A DNA stretch of 61,708 nucleotides, counting the filler. It is 3 parts of 3 records of this genome, joined end to end, with 100 filler letters (N's around TTAATTAATTAA, not from the genome) between each part and the next. Parts side by side here need not be neighbours in the genome. Positions count along the whole stretch, not along the records: positions 17,035 to 30,065 come from SRR22947725_4460; positions 30,166 to 61,708 come from SRR22947725_4471; 1 more part is not named here. The stretch is one strand, 5' to 3'. Position numbers and translations under genes: made by a program. Under the pieces are notes generated by a model, which was given only the letters and a program-made list of their open reading frames with translations, was not told where the DNA came from and searched no databases. Below, piece by piece: positions 28,959 to 38,373 of this stretch; position 1 is the stretch's first letter, and every line of letters begins with the position of its first letter.

Positions 28959-29939
28959 TTGGCTTTCTCAGACCTAACCACTGAACAACAAATTCAAAGC
29001 TTGCTTGCGCCAGCCAACTCTGTACTGCTTGATTACGGAATCATTCCTGTTGGGCTCGAAAGTATCAACCACGAATACAACTCAACGTTTTCGGTAACTG
29101 CGGCTGATGGGAGCAGGTTTGCCCTTCGAATAAACGTAAATTCAACTCGAACAAAAGAGAACGTTGCCGCTGAGATGTCGTTTGTAAACACCTTGGCTGA
29201 GCTCGGAACATTCGGGCTTGCCACTCCACTGCGAAATCTTTCTGGAGACTTTGTTAGCGAGGTCGCACACGAGGAGACTGGTAGGGACCTGTTGTGCGTA
29301 CTCTTTACCTGGCTCGAGGGTGAAGACGTCGGTGATGAGCCCACCTTGGAAGTGGTCTTCAAGATGGGAGCACTTATGGCTCAGCTTCACGAGGCAACTA
29401 AGGAACTGGTTTTACCTGTCGGTGAAGAGCTCCCAATCTTGGATGACTTTATGTGGCACGAGGAGGACTTGCTCTTAGGACCCAAATCGACTTTGACGCC
29501 TGAAGAGCAGCACAAAATTCAATCCTTTAAAAATGCGATTGAACAAGAGCTTGCTCTACTATTCAAGGCAACCCCGAAACAGCCAATTCATGCGGATCTT
29601 CACGGGTGGAATCTAATGTTTCACAACGATTCGCTTTCTGTGTTCGACTTCGATGATTCTGGTATCGGCTTGCCGATTCAAGATTTAGCCACGACCATTT
29701 ACTACTTAGACACCGAGGAGCAGGAGCAGGCGCTGAGAGATGGCTATTCATCAGTTCGAGAATTGCCGATTTGTAGTGAATACCAAATGAAAGCATTGCT
29801 GCTTCAACGAAGGATTCACTTGCTCAACTATATTCACGAGACTCAGAATCCCGAGCATCGTGAAATGCTGCCCGAGTATCAGCTCGAGACTTTACGTCGA
29901 ATTGAAGATTTTCTCGCTACAAAGACGGGGCAGAGGTAG
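28959..29939 (+). CDS. APH/homoserine kinase type II-family phosphotransferase
   Basis: FALRIN, MAQLH, IHADLHGWN (Brenner motif), VFDFDD, QDLA; GAAAGGGG RBS before the TTG at 28959. Confidence 0.85.
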   Translation: MAFSDLTTEQQIQSLLAPANSVLLDYGIIPVGLESINHEYNSTFSVTAADGSRFALRINVNSTRTKENVAAEMSFVNTLAELGTFGLATPLRNLSGDFVSEVAHEETGRDLLCVLFTWLEGEDVGDEPTLEVVFKMGALMAQLHEATKELVLPVGEELPILDDFMWHEEDLLLGPKSTLTPEEQHKIQSFKNAIEQELALLFKATPKQPIHADLHGWNLMFHNDSLSVFDFDDSGIGLPIQDLATTIYYLDTEEQEQALRDGYSSVRELPICSEYQMKALLLQRRIHLLNYIHETQNPEHREMLPEYQLETLRRIEDFLATKTGQR

Positions 29940-30004
29940 GGGAACTTACTTGAGTGTTTTGATTTTCTAATGGCTGTCAAAGCACATAAAACTGCACAAG
30001 TAGC

Positions 30005-30054
30005 AAAAACTCCCTCGATAAACGCCCCTACTGAGGCTCTAAATCAAGGGAGTT
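30005..30054 (-). terminator. Rho-independent terminator on the minus strand, downstream of the probable tRNA
   Basis: Minus strand AACTCCCTTGAT...GCCTC AGTA GGGGC...ATCGAGGGAGTT followed by a T run. Confidence 0.6.
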
Positions 30055-30056
30055 GC

Positions 30057-30065
30057 TGGCGGAGA
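30057..30065 (-). tRNA. Possible 3' end of a tRNA (Ser-like ...TCTCCGCCA), truncated by contig end
   Basis: Only 9 nt visible: acceptor-stem 3' strand, discriminator G and CCA, followed by a terminator hairpin. Confidence 0.35.
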
Positions 30066-30165
30066 NNNNNNNNNNNNNNNNNNNNNNNNNNNNNNNNNNN
30101 NNNNNNNNNTTAATTAATTAANNNNNNNNNNNNNNNNNNNNNNNNNNNNNNNNNNNNNNNNNNNN
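30066..30165. other. Artificial contig spacer (44 N + TTAATTAATTAA + 44 N)
   Basis: Same linker as at 16935-17034. Confidence 0.98.
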
Positions 30166-30166
30166 A

Positions 30167-30841
30167 GGTTGTGGAAAAACAACATTATTAAATATCGTTG
30201 CTGGTTTTCTTGCGCCGACGGAAGGAAAAGTCGTTCTTAATGGGCAAACTGTTCAAGGTCCAGGAGCCGAGCGTGGAATGGTTTTTCAACAGGGCGCTTT
30301 GTTTGAGTGGATGGATGTTCGTGCTAATGTTGCTTTTGGTCCTCGTATGAAAGGAACTCCAAAAGCAGAACAAGATGAAAAGGTTAAGCGCCTTCTAGAA
30401 ATTGTTGGATTAGCTGATTTTGAAGATAAAGCTGTTTATGAGCTATCGGGCGGTATGCAACAAAGAGTCGCTTTGGCGAGATGTCTCGCAAATGATCCAG
30501 ATGTCATTTTAATGGATGAACCCTTAGGCGCTCTTGACGCACTAACAAGAGAAAAAATGCAGGGTTTGGTTTTAAAACTTTGGAAGGAAACAGGAAAAAC
30601 AATTTTATTAATTACTCACTCAGTTGAAGAGGCTGTCCTTTTGGGCGAAAGACTTTTGGTTCTTGCGCCAAGACCAGGAAGAATACATAAAGAATACAAG
30701 TTGCCGTTTGCTGAAATGGGAGTCAATATGGACTTGAGAGAGGTTAAAAAATCTGAAGGCTATTCTGAAACTCGAGATGAAATCCTCTCTATTATTTGGG
30801 AGATGGAAGAAGAAATTATGGGCAGGGCGGACGAAAACTAA
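30167..30841 (+). CDS. tauB: Taurine ABC transporter ATP-binding subunit, 5'-truncated
   Basis: Frame starts in Walker A (GCGKTTLLN), PGAERGMVFQ, LSGGMQQRVALAR, LMDEPLGALDALTRE, ITHSVEEA; taurine cluster context. Confidence 0.88.
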   Translation, partial: GCGKTTLLNIVAGFLAPTEGKVVLNGQTVQGPGAERGMVFQQGALFEWMDVRANVAFGPRMKGTPKAEQDEKVKRLLEIVGLADFEDKAVYELSGGMQQRVALARCLANDPDVILMDEPLGALDALTREKMQGLVLKLWKETGKTILLITHSVEEAVLLGERLLVLAPRPGRIHKEYKLPFAEMGVNMDLREVKKSEGYSETRDEILSIIWEMEEEIMGRADEN

Positions 30842-32109
30842 TGACTATTTTAATTATTTATATCTTAATTTTCATAGCTGCTTTTTACTTAGTAAAGATA
30901 GTCAGTTCAATGAGAGCTGTAAAAGATGATTTTACAAGTTTAAAGACTGTTACATTTGGTGACGAAAGTGCAGTATCACCCAATAGAGCTGCATCTATTA
31001 TTTCAGTTATTGCAATTTTTGCAATTTGGGCTGCGTTTACTGGCTCTAAATATATTCCAGTTCATGTTCCTGGGCCATTTATTGGTGAACTTTCGTTTGA
31101 GTACACTGCAATGAATGCATTAGGACAAACTGATGATGCTGAAGTTACAGTTACAGTTTATGATGTTCAGTCTGGAGATATTCCAGATAAGCTAGAAATT
31201 GATCCTGGCTCAGGTTTTGCTCTAAACGATACTGCCCAGATTATTACTTACAGAAGTGGTTTAGTAAAAGTCCAAAAAAATGATGTTGGCGGCAAAGAAA
31301 AAGGTTACAAAGTGATTGCTATTAATGGCCAAGAGATATCACCAAGTACTGAGCTTTTTATTGACAATGCCCGAATCTATATGACTGCAAAGGGCACCTT
31401 GAGTGTAAAACCTGAACAAGGATGGCAGATGCAGCCTGTTTGGCTTCCTGCTCCAGAAGCTGTCGGCTCAAGATTATTAAAAGTTTATAATGAAGGTTTT
31501 AAAAACTTCACACTTTTTGAGCATCTAGGTTGGTCCTTGCTTAGGGTTGTTGTTGGCTTTGTGGCTGGAGCTATTGTTGGAATTCCTTTAGGTTACGCAA
31601 TGGGACTTTCTGGATGGTTTCGTGGTTGGTTTGATCCGATAGTTGAATTTATGAGACCAGTGCCTCCATTAGCTTTAATTCCATTGGTCATCATCTGGTT
31701 TGGAATTGGTGAACAAGGAAAGATTATTTTGCTATTCCTTGCTTCACTTTGGATCATGACAATTTCTGCTAGGGCAGGCGTATCTGGTGTAAAAATTTCT
31801 AAAATACATGCCGCATACTCCTTAGGCGCTTCTAAGTGGCAGATTATGAGATTAGTTATTGTTCCAAATAGTTTACCAGAGATATTTACTGGTGCCCGAG
31901 TGTCTATGGGTGTCTGCTGGGGAACTGTTGTTGCGGCAGAGCTTGTTGCCGCTCAAAAGGGTGCTGGCATGATGATTATTAATGCCTCTAAGTTTCAGAT
32001 GACTGATCTAGTTATTATGGGAATTGTACTCATTGGCGTAATTGGATATGCAATTGACATATTAATGCGTATTTCAGAAAATTATCTTGTCCCATGGAAA
32101 GGTAAATAG
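30841..32109 (+). CDS. tauC: Taurine ABC transporter permease with extracytoplasmic Ig-like insertion
   Basis: WLPAP, HLGWSLLRV, DPIVEFMRPVPPLALIPLVIIWFGIGE, AAYSLGAS, LPEIFTGAR, VAAELVAA; ATG overlaps the tauB stop. Confidence 0.88.
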   Translation: MTILIIYILIFIAAFYLVKIVSSMRAVKDDFTSLKTVTFGDESAVSPNRAASIISVIAIFAIWAAFTGSKYIPVHVPGPFIGELSFEYTAMNALGQTDDAEVTVTVYDVQSGDIPDKLEIDPGSGFALNDTAQIITYRSGLVKVQKNDVGGKEKGYKVIAINGQEISPSTELFIDNARIYMTAKGTLSVKPEQGWQMQPVWLPAPEAVGSRLLKVYNEGFKNFTLFEHLGWSLLRVVVGFVAGAIVGIPLGYAMGLSGWFRGWFDPIVEFMRPVPPLALIPLVIIWFGIGEQGKIILLFLASLWIMTISARAGVSGVKISKIHAAYSLGASKWQIMRLVIVPNSLPEIFTGARVSMGVCWGTVVAAELVAAQKGAGMMIINASKFQMTDLVIMGIVLIGVIGYAIDILMRISENYLVPWKGK

Positions 32110-32147
32110 CTTTTTATAATTTCTTACTTTTTTTACTGGAATAAATA

Positions 32148-34616
32148 ATGTCGCAAATATTACCCAAACAAGCACAAGCTGTCATTATCGGAGGAGGAGT
32201 TGTTGGATGTTCAGTGGCCTATCATCTCGCTAAACTTGGCTATACAGATGTTGTGCTTCTAGAACGTAAAAAATTGACTTCGGGTACCACATGGCATGCG
32301 GCAGGACTTGTTGGCCAAATGCGCTCTTCTCTCAATTTGACACAAATGGTTAAGTATTCAGGCAATCTTTATGAAACTTTAGAGGCTGAAACTGGTATGG
32401 CAACTGGCTACAGACGGACTGGCTCTGTGAGCCTCGCTACTAATCAAGAAAGGCTTACTGAATATAAGCGAAATGCCTCGCTTGCAAAAGTGCATGGTGT
32501 AGATGTTCAAATTTTAACGACTGATGAGTTAAGAGATAAAGTCAATTTCTTTAATCTTGATGATGTAGTTGGTGGTGCGTGGATTCCAAAAGATGGAAAA
32601 GCTGATCCAGCAAATGTTGCAATGGCCTTAGCCAAAGGTGCAAAAAATAAAGGTGTTAAAATTTTTGAGGATGTAAAGGTTACTGGAATTCTTAAAGAGA
32701 ATGGAAAAGCAACTGGAGTTCAAACTGAGTTTGGGGAAATTAAATCTGAAGTAGTTGTTAATTGCGGCGGAATGTGGGCCAGAGAAGTTGGAAAAATGGC
32801 TGGTGTTTCAGTGCCGCTTCATGCATGTGAGCACTTTTATTTTCTAACTTCAGCAGTTCCAGGGTTAGGAGATATGCCTGTAGTAAGAGTCCCTGATGAG
32901 TCTGCATACTACAAAGAAGATGCTGGAAAAATATTAGTTGGACTCTTTGAGCCAAATGCAAAACCTTGGGCTCAAAATGGCATACCTGAGGACTTTTGTT
33001 TTGATCAAATTCAAGATGACCTAGATCACTGTATGCCTTATCTAGAGTTAGCAATGAACAGAGTTCCAGTTATGGATAGCTTAGGTATTGAAACACTCTT
33101 TAATGGGCCAGAAAGCTTTACTCCAGATGACAATTTTCAAATCGGTGAGTCCCCAGAACTGAAAAGCTTTTATATCGCCGCTGGATTCAATTCAATTGGA
33201 ATTCAGGCTGCTGGAGGAGCTGGAAAATATTTGGCAGAATGGATTGTGGGCAAAGAGCCACCCTGTGATCTATGGGATGTAGATATCAGAAGAAATCAGT
33301 CATTCCAAAGCAATAAGACTTATCTAGCTAACAGAGTAACTGAAACCCTTGGCTATCTCTATGAAAATCATTTTCCTTATCATCAATATGAAACTGCAAG
33401 GGGGCTAAGGAAAACACCTCTTTATGATTTCTACAAAAAACGTGGAGCCTGTTTTGGTGAAGTTGCTGGCTGGGAGAGACCTAACTGGTTCGTTCCAGAA
33501 GAGTTGATTGGCAAAGCTGAGGCAAAGTATGAATACTCATGGGGAAGGCAAAATTGGTTTGATTATCATAAACTTGAACAACAAGCCATTAGAGAGTCTG
33601 TTGGTATGTACGAAATGTCCTCGTACGCAAAAATCAGAGTTAAAGGCAATGATGCTATGGACTTTCTACAGCTGATTTGTGCAAATGACATAGATGTTGA
33701 GCCTGGAAAGATGGTTTACACTCAGTGGCTTAACGGTAAAGGCGGTATCGAGGCTGATGTTACTGTGACTCGACTTGCTTTAGATGATTACTTGATTGTG
33801 AGCGGAACGGTTTGCCTCAATAGGGATATGCATTGGCTTCAGAAGAATATGCCTATTGGTGCTAATTGTTCATTGTTTGATGCAACAAGTTCTGAGGGGT
33901 GTATAGCCATTATGGGGCCAAATTCGAGAGATTTACTTCAGTCTCTTACAGATACTGATTTGAGCAATAAAAGCTTTCCATTTGCAAATGTTCGAAATAT
34001 TGAAATAGGTATGGCAAATGTTAGAGCTCATAGAATCACTTATGTTGGCGAGTTGGGTTGGGAGCTTTATTTTCCAATTGAATTTTCAAGTTATGTTGCT
34101 GAATTATTAGATGAAAGAGGCAAAGAGTTTTCACTAAGACATATCGGAATGCATACCGTTGATAGCTGTAGAATTGAAAAAGCATACAGACACTTTGGGC
34201 ATGATATTACCGATGAAGATCACGTAATTAATGCAGGCCTTGGATTTGCAGTAAAGCTTGATAAAAAGCCTTCAAAATACGGAAACTTTATTGGTTATGA
34301 ATCTGTTCAATCAAAAAAAACTGCTGGTTATGATATGCGTGTCATGCAATTTTTATTAGATAATTCAGATTTAATGCTTTACCACAACGAGCCTATCCTT
34401 AAAAATGGAGAAATTGTTGGTCATTTGACAAGCGGTACATATAGCCATACTCTTGGAAGTGCTGTGGGTCTCGGTTACATACCATGTAAACCAAATGAAA
34501 GCCAAGAGGATATCTTGAGCGCTGATTACTCAGTCGAGGTAGAAGGTGTTATTGAGAAGTGTAAGGTTTCTCTAAAGCCAATGTATGATCCACTAAATGA
34601 GAAAATTAGAATCTAA
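32148..34616 (+). CDS. Sarcosine/dimethylglycine dehydrogenase-like FAD oxidoreductase with GcvT (THF-binding) C-terminus
   Basis: IIGGGVVG, SGTTWHAAG (covalent-flavin His), EHFY, NGPESFTPD, GWERPNWF, GGIEADVTV, RITYVGELGWEL, RIEKAYR. Confidence 0.92.
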   Translation: MSQILPKQAQAVIIGGGVVGCSVAYHLAKLGYTDVVLLERKKLTSGTTWHAAGLVGQMRSSLNLTQMVKYSGNLYETLEAETGMATGYRRTGSVSLATNQERLTEYKRNASLAKVHGVDVQILTTDELRDKVNFFNLDDVVGGAWIPKDGKADPANVAMALAKGAKNKGVKIFEDVKVTGILKENGKATGVQTEFGEIKSEVVVNCGGMWAREVGKMAGVSVPLHACEHFYFLTSAVPGLGDMPVVRVPDESAYYKEDAGKILVGLFEPNAKPWAQNGIPEDFCFDQIQDDLDHCMPYLELAMNRVPVMDSLGIETLFNGPESFTPDDNFQIGESPELKSFYIAAGFNSIGIQAAGGAGKYLAEWIVGKEPPCDLWDVDIRRNQSFQSNKTYLANRVTETLGYLYENHFPYHQYETARGLRKTPLYDFYKKRGACFGEVAGWERPNWFVPEELIGKAEAKYEYSWGRQNWFDYHKLEQQAIRESVGMYEMSSYAKIRVKGNDAMDFLQLICANDIDVEPGKMVYTQWLNGKGGIEADVTVTRLALDDYLIVSGTVCLNRDMHWLQKNMPIGANCSLFDATSSEGCIAIMGPNSRDLLQSLTDTDLSNKSFPFANVRNIEIGMANVRAHRITYVGELGWELYFPIEFSSYVAELLDERGKEFSLRHIGMHTVDSCRIEKAYRHFGHDITDEDHVINAGLGFAVKLDKKPSKYGNFIGYESVQSKKTAGYDMRVMQFLLDNSDLMLYHNEPILKNGEIVGHLTSGTYSHTLGSAVGLGYIPCKPNESQEDILSADYSVEVEGVIEKCKVSLKPMYDPLNEKIRI

Positions 34617-34619
34617 TAG

Positions 34620-35375
34620 TTAGTTTTGTATAAATACGCCTATTAATGTTGCTACTCCAACGATTCCAAGTGCTATCAAAGAGAAGTTTCTATAGTATTT
34701 ATTACCAGAAACATTAAAAAACCTTGTGCCTAAATATGTAGAAAAGACATAGAGTGGGGCGGTTATTGCGCCTGTCAAGAGAATATTTTTTGTAAATAGA
34801 CCAAAAAAGTAAAGGCTAATAATAGCGCTCATTACTAGACCAGAGGTAATAACTAAAATATTTGCGCGTGCAACTTCATCACTGTCCTTCTTAGATAATA
34901 GAACAGTTACATATGGCGGACCTCCCATACCTGTTGCTCCCTGCATTAATCCACTAATAGCTCCTCCTAGGGTGAGAACATGATTAGTTATCGTAGATTT
35001 AATTCTCCAACCACTACCAATAAGAATAACAAAAAATATTAATAAGATAGACATCAAAGTTTTTATGATTTGTTCATCTATTGAAACTAAAAATATTGTT
35101 CCTAAAGGAATGGTCAACATCATTGTTAACATCATAGGGGTTATCTCTTTCAAATTAGATTTCTTAACGCCAATAAAAGTCAAGTATATAGTTGCCGGGA
35201 TTTCAATGACAATATTGAAAACCATCGCAAAGATTGGAGAGTAGAAATAGGATAAGATTGGGATCATTAGTAAGCCTGATCCAAAACCAATGAACCCTCT
35301 TAAAAAACCAGAAAGAACAACAACTATAACAATTAAAAAATAATTATCAGGAACAAAGTTAAAGAAATCTACCAT
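34620..35375 (-). CDS. tauE: Sulfite exporter TauE/SafE family
   Basis: GFLRGFIGFGSGLL and SGLMQGATGMGGPP repeats, ~8 TM; downstream of tauR. Confidence 0.85.
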   Translation of the reverse strand: MVDFFNFVPDNYFLIVIVVVLSGFLRGFIGFGSGLLMIPILSYFYSPIFAMVFNIVIEIPATIYLTFIGVKKSNLKEITPMMLTMMLTIPLGTIFLVSIDEQIIKTLMSILLIFFVILIGSGWRIKSTITNHVLTLGGAISGLMQGATGMGGPPYVTVLLSKKDSDEVARANILVITSGLVMSAIISLYFFGLFTKNILLTGAITAPLYVFSTYLGTRFFNVSGNKYYRNFSLIALGIVGVATLIGVFIQN

Positions 35376-35380
35376 TAAAT

Positions 35381-36865
35381 TTAGTGAGATTTAGGAATCA
35401 AAGATTTAATTTCTTTGATGATAATATCCATACCCTTGTTTATCTTGTTTGTATCTATAGCGGAATACCCAAGATGTAAAAAATTTGAAGGAGGGTTTTT
35501 CTCATTAAATAGTGTATTGCCAGATCTTACTGAAACACCTTTTTTTAACAGTCTCTTGCAAAGCATGTCGCTATCAACTGATTCAGGAATTTCAACCCAA
35601 AAAGTTGAGCCTCCAAGAGTTGGTGCACAGGACAATAGCGGCTCTTGATGAATTTTTTCATTAATTAGCCCCCATCGTTCTTTATTTGTTTTTTGTATTT
35701 TGGTAAACATGTTATGGTAATGACCTAAGCCAATAAATAGAGCAACAGATCTTTGATTGTTTGCAGGTATGTGTCTTATCATCAAGCGCCTTAAAGCTTT
35801 AGCCTCTTTTATGAAGCTCTCTGGTGCTACCATATATCCAAGCCTTAGGCCTGGCGCAAATGCTTTAGAGAAGCTGCCAACATAGATGACGTTATTATCT
35901 TTATCAAGACTTTTTAATGAAGGATGAGGTTTTTTTTGAAAGTTAATTTCAGCTTCATAATCATCCTCAATAATAACCATTTGATTTTCTTTGGCAACTG
36001 ATAGAAGTTCATTTCGTCTATCCATGCTCATAGTGACACCGGTTGGATATTGATGACTTGGAGTGGTAAAAATAATATCAGTTTTAGGGTCAATATCTTT
36101 GATGACAATTCCATCCTTATCAATACTAATTGGGACAATATTGTCAGTTTTTGAGCTAAATATATTTCTGACATCTGGATATCCTGGGTTTTCCATACCC
36201 ACAACAGTACCTTGCTTGGTAAGTAAGCTGGCGATTATATATATCGCATTCTGACTTCCTGATGTAATTAGAATTTGATCTTTATTTGCCCAAATACCTC
36301 TCTTTGGAAGTACCTTAGATTGAATCTGTTTAATTAAAGAAGGGTCATCATTGTCTACATGATCTATATTCCATTTTTGAATTTCAGGAAGTGTCGATGA
36401 ATGCCTGACTACCTCTCTCCATTCATAGTAAGGAATTAGACTTTTATCAATTTGACCAATAGTAAATGAATAGGGCAGACTTTGCCAGTTTTCTGGATTA
36501 TGAATATTTGTTTGGGTCGATGGTTTTTTTGTGATTAACTTATCATGCCATATAGGTGATTCAACATTACTTGACTGTTCGCTATCATTTGAATTGTAGC
36601 TTTCATAAAACTGTTCATTTACATAATACCCTCTCCTTTCTTGAGGGGTAATATAGCCATCAAACTCTAACTCTTTATAGGCTGCAATGACTGTATTTCT
36701 TGCAACTTTAAGAGCACTTGCAAGATTTCTGGATGATGGGAGGGGTTCATTTGGACCAATTAAACCATTTGTAATTGCATCAATCAACTGCTGGCGAATT
36801 TGAAGTTGAAGGGTCCGAGGCTTGTCATGCCTAAGAGAAAAAAACTGGTTCCACATTTCATCCAT
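35381..36865 (-). CDS. tauR: MocR/GabR-type GntR regulator of taurine catabolism
   Basis: LPSSRNLASALKVARNTV wHTH, ITSGSQNA, TPSHQYPTG, IIEDDYE, GSFSKAFAPGLRLGY; divergent from tpa. Confidence 0.88.
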   Translation of the reverse strand: MDEMWNQFFSLRHDKPRTLQLQIRQQLIDAITNGLIGPNEPLPSSRNLASALKVARNTVIAAYKELEFDGYITPQERRGYYVNEQFYESYNSNDSEQSSNVESPIWHDKLITKKPSTQTNIHNPENWQSLPYSFTIGQIDKSLIPYYEWREVVRHSSTLPEIQKWNIDHVDNDDPSLIKQIQSKVLPKRGIWANKDQILITSGSQNAIYIIASLLTKQGTVVGMENPGYPDVRNIFSSKTDNIVPISIDKDGIVIKDIDPKTDIIFTTPSHQYPTGVTMSMDRRNELLSVAKENQMVIIEDDYEAEINFQKKPHPSLKSLDKDNNVIYVGSFSKAFAPGLRLGYMVAPESFIKEAKALRRLMIRHIPANNQRSVALFIGLGHYHNMFTKIQKTNKERWGLINEKIHQEPLLSCAPTLGGSTFWVEIPESVDSDMLCKRLLKKGVSVRSGNTLFNEKNPPSNFLHLGYSAIDTNKINKGMDIIIKEIKSLIPKSH

Positions 36866-36869
36866 TATT

Positions 36870-36924
36870 CTGGCCTATTAATTGTAAGTTTCCTGGTTCT
36901 ATATATATGTTAAATCAGGACCAG
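36870..36924. promoter_or_regulatory. Candidate TauR binding sites (two direct CTGG boxes plus one inverted)
   Basis: CTGGCCTAT at 36870, CTGGTTCTAT at 36893 (23-bp period), inverted AGGACCAG at 36917-36924. Confidence 0.5.
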
Positions 36925-36980
36925 TTATATTTTACAATTCGTTTCTTAAAAAATGCACTGAATTTGAACTAGGAGGGAGT

Positions 36981-38342
36981 ATGTCAAATACTACAGTTGT
37001 AGATAATGCTAAAGATCACGTCTGGCACCATTTAACTCAACATAAAGCTTTTGAAGAGAACGATCCTTTAGTGATGACTAAAGCAAAAGGGATGATCATA
37101 ACAGATTCTAAGGGTGATGAATATCTAGATGCCACCTCTGGAGGTGTTTGGACCGTTAACCTTGGCTATGGAAGAGATGACATGGTTAAGACAGTCTCTG
37201 ACCAACTTTCAAAAATACCATACTTTGCTGGTGCTTTTGGAAATGAGCCAGCGTCTCATTATGCTCAAGAAATAACATCTCTGATGCCTGGAATGAATCG
37301 CGTTTATTATTCAAACTCAGGCTCTGAGGCGAATGAAAAGGGATACAAAATGGTCCGTCAGTTAGCGCATTTTGATAACGATGGAAAAAAACATAAAATT
37401 ATTTTTCGTGATCGTGACTATCATGGCACTACTATTGGGGCTATGAGTTCATCGGCCCAAATTCAAAGAAAGAAACAGTATGGACCTTTTGCGCCAGGTT
37501 TTGTAGAAATGCCTAATTGTTGTTGCTATCGTTGTCCGTTTGGTAAAAAGTATGGGGAATGTAATATTGAATGTGCAACAGTTCTTGAAGATATTATTTT
37601 GAAAGAAGACCCTGATACTGTTGGTTCAGTTGTGCTTGAGCCAATTACTGCTGGTGGCGGTGTAATACCTCCAGTTCCAGAGTATTTCCCAATCATTCAG
37701 TCGATTTGTAAAAAATATGACGTTTTGCTTCACATTGATGAGGTGGTTTGCGGACTTGGAAGAACGGGAAAATGGTTTGGTTATCAGCACTTTGATGTAC
37801 AGCCTGACATTGTCACAACTGCAAAAGGTTTGGCGGCGGGTTATGCTGCAATATCTGTAACTATTACATCTGAGGAAATTTTTCAAAGATTTAAGCAAGA
37901 TCATACTAATCCAGATAGTTACTTTAGAGATATTTCTACTTTCGGTGGCTGTACTGCTGGTCCAGCAGCAGCGCTTGAGGTGGTTAATATTATCAAAAAA
38001 GAAAATCTGCTTGAAAACGTAACAAACATGGGTAACTATCTTAAGGATAAGTTGAGCGCTCTTCAAGATAAGTATGAAATTATTGGAGATGTTAGAGGAA
38101 AAGGACTGTTTTGTGGTGTTGAGCTAGTCAAAGATAGACAAACTAAAGAGCCAGTTCATGAAAGCGTTGCTATGGCTATTGCGGGGCATTGTTTAAAAAA
38201 TAAAGTAATGATTGGAAGAACCAATCGTAGTTTTGAGTTTAACAACAACGTGCTGCTTTTTAGTCCATCTTTTATATGCTCTAAAAATGAAATTGATCAA
38301 ATTGTTGCAGCTGTTGATAATGCTATTGCTGCAAATACATAA
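36981..38342 (+). CDS. tpa: Taurine--pyruvate aminotransferase
   Basis: Class III aminotransferase: VWHHLTQHK, YLDATSGGVWTVN, NSGSEANEK, RDYHGTT, EPITAGGG, DEVVCG, TTAKG, RDISTFGGC; followed by ald and xsc. Confidence 0.9.
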   Translation: MSNTTVVDNAKDHVWHHLTQHKAFEENDPLVMTKAKGMIITDSKGDEYLDATSGGVWTVNLGYGRDDMVKTVSDQLSKIPYFAGAFGNEPASHYAQEITSLMPGMNRVYYSNSGSEANEKGYKMVRQLAHFDNDGKKHKIIFRDRDYHGTTIGAMSSSAQIQRKKQYGPFAPGFVEMPNCCCYRCPFGKKYGECNIECATVLEDIILKEDPDTVGSVVLEPITAGGGVIPPVPEYFPIIQSICKKYDVLLHIDEVVCGLGRTGKWFGYQHFDVQPDIVTTAKGLAAGYAAISVTITSEEIFQRFKQDHTNPDSYFRDISTFGGCTAGPAAALEVVNIIKKENLLENVTNMGNYLKDKLSALQDKYEIIGDVRGKGLFCGVELVKDRQTKEPVHESVAMAIAGHCLKNKVMIGRTNRSFEFNNNVLLFSPSFICSKNEIDQIVAAVDNAIAANT

Positions 38343-38373
38343 AATTTTTTATTAAATTTATAGGAAAAATAAA

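Noticed and set aside
30796-30840. Upstream start for tauC given by the ORF track
   Set aside because: Lies within tauB; the ATG at 30841 overlapping the tauB stop is the more plausible coupled start
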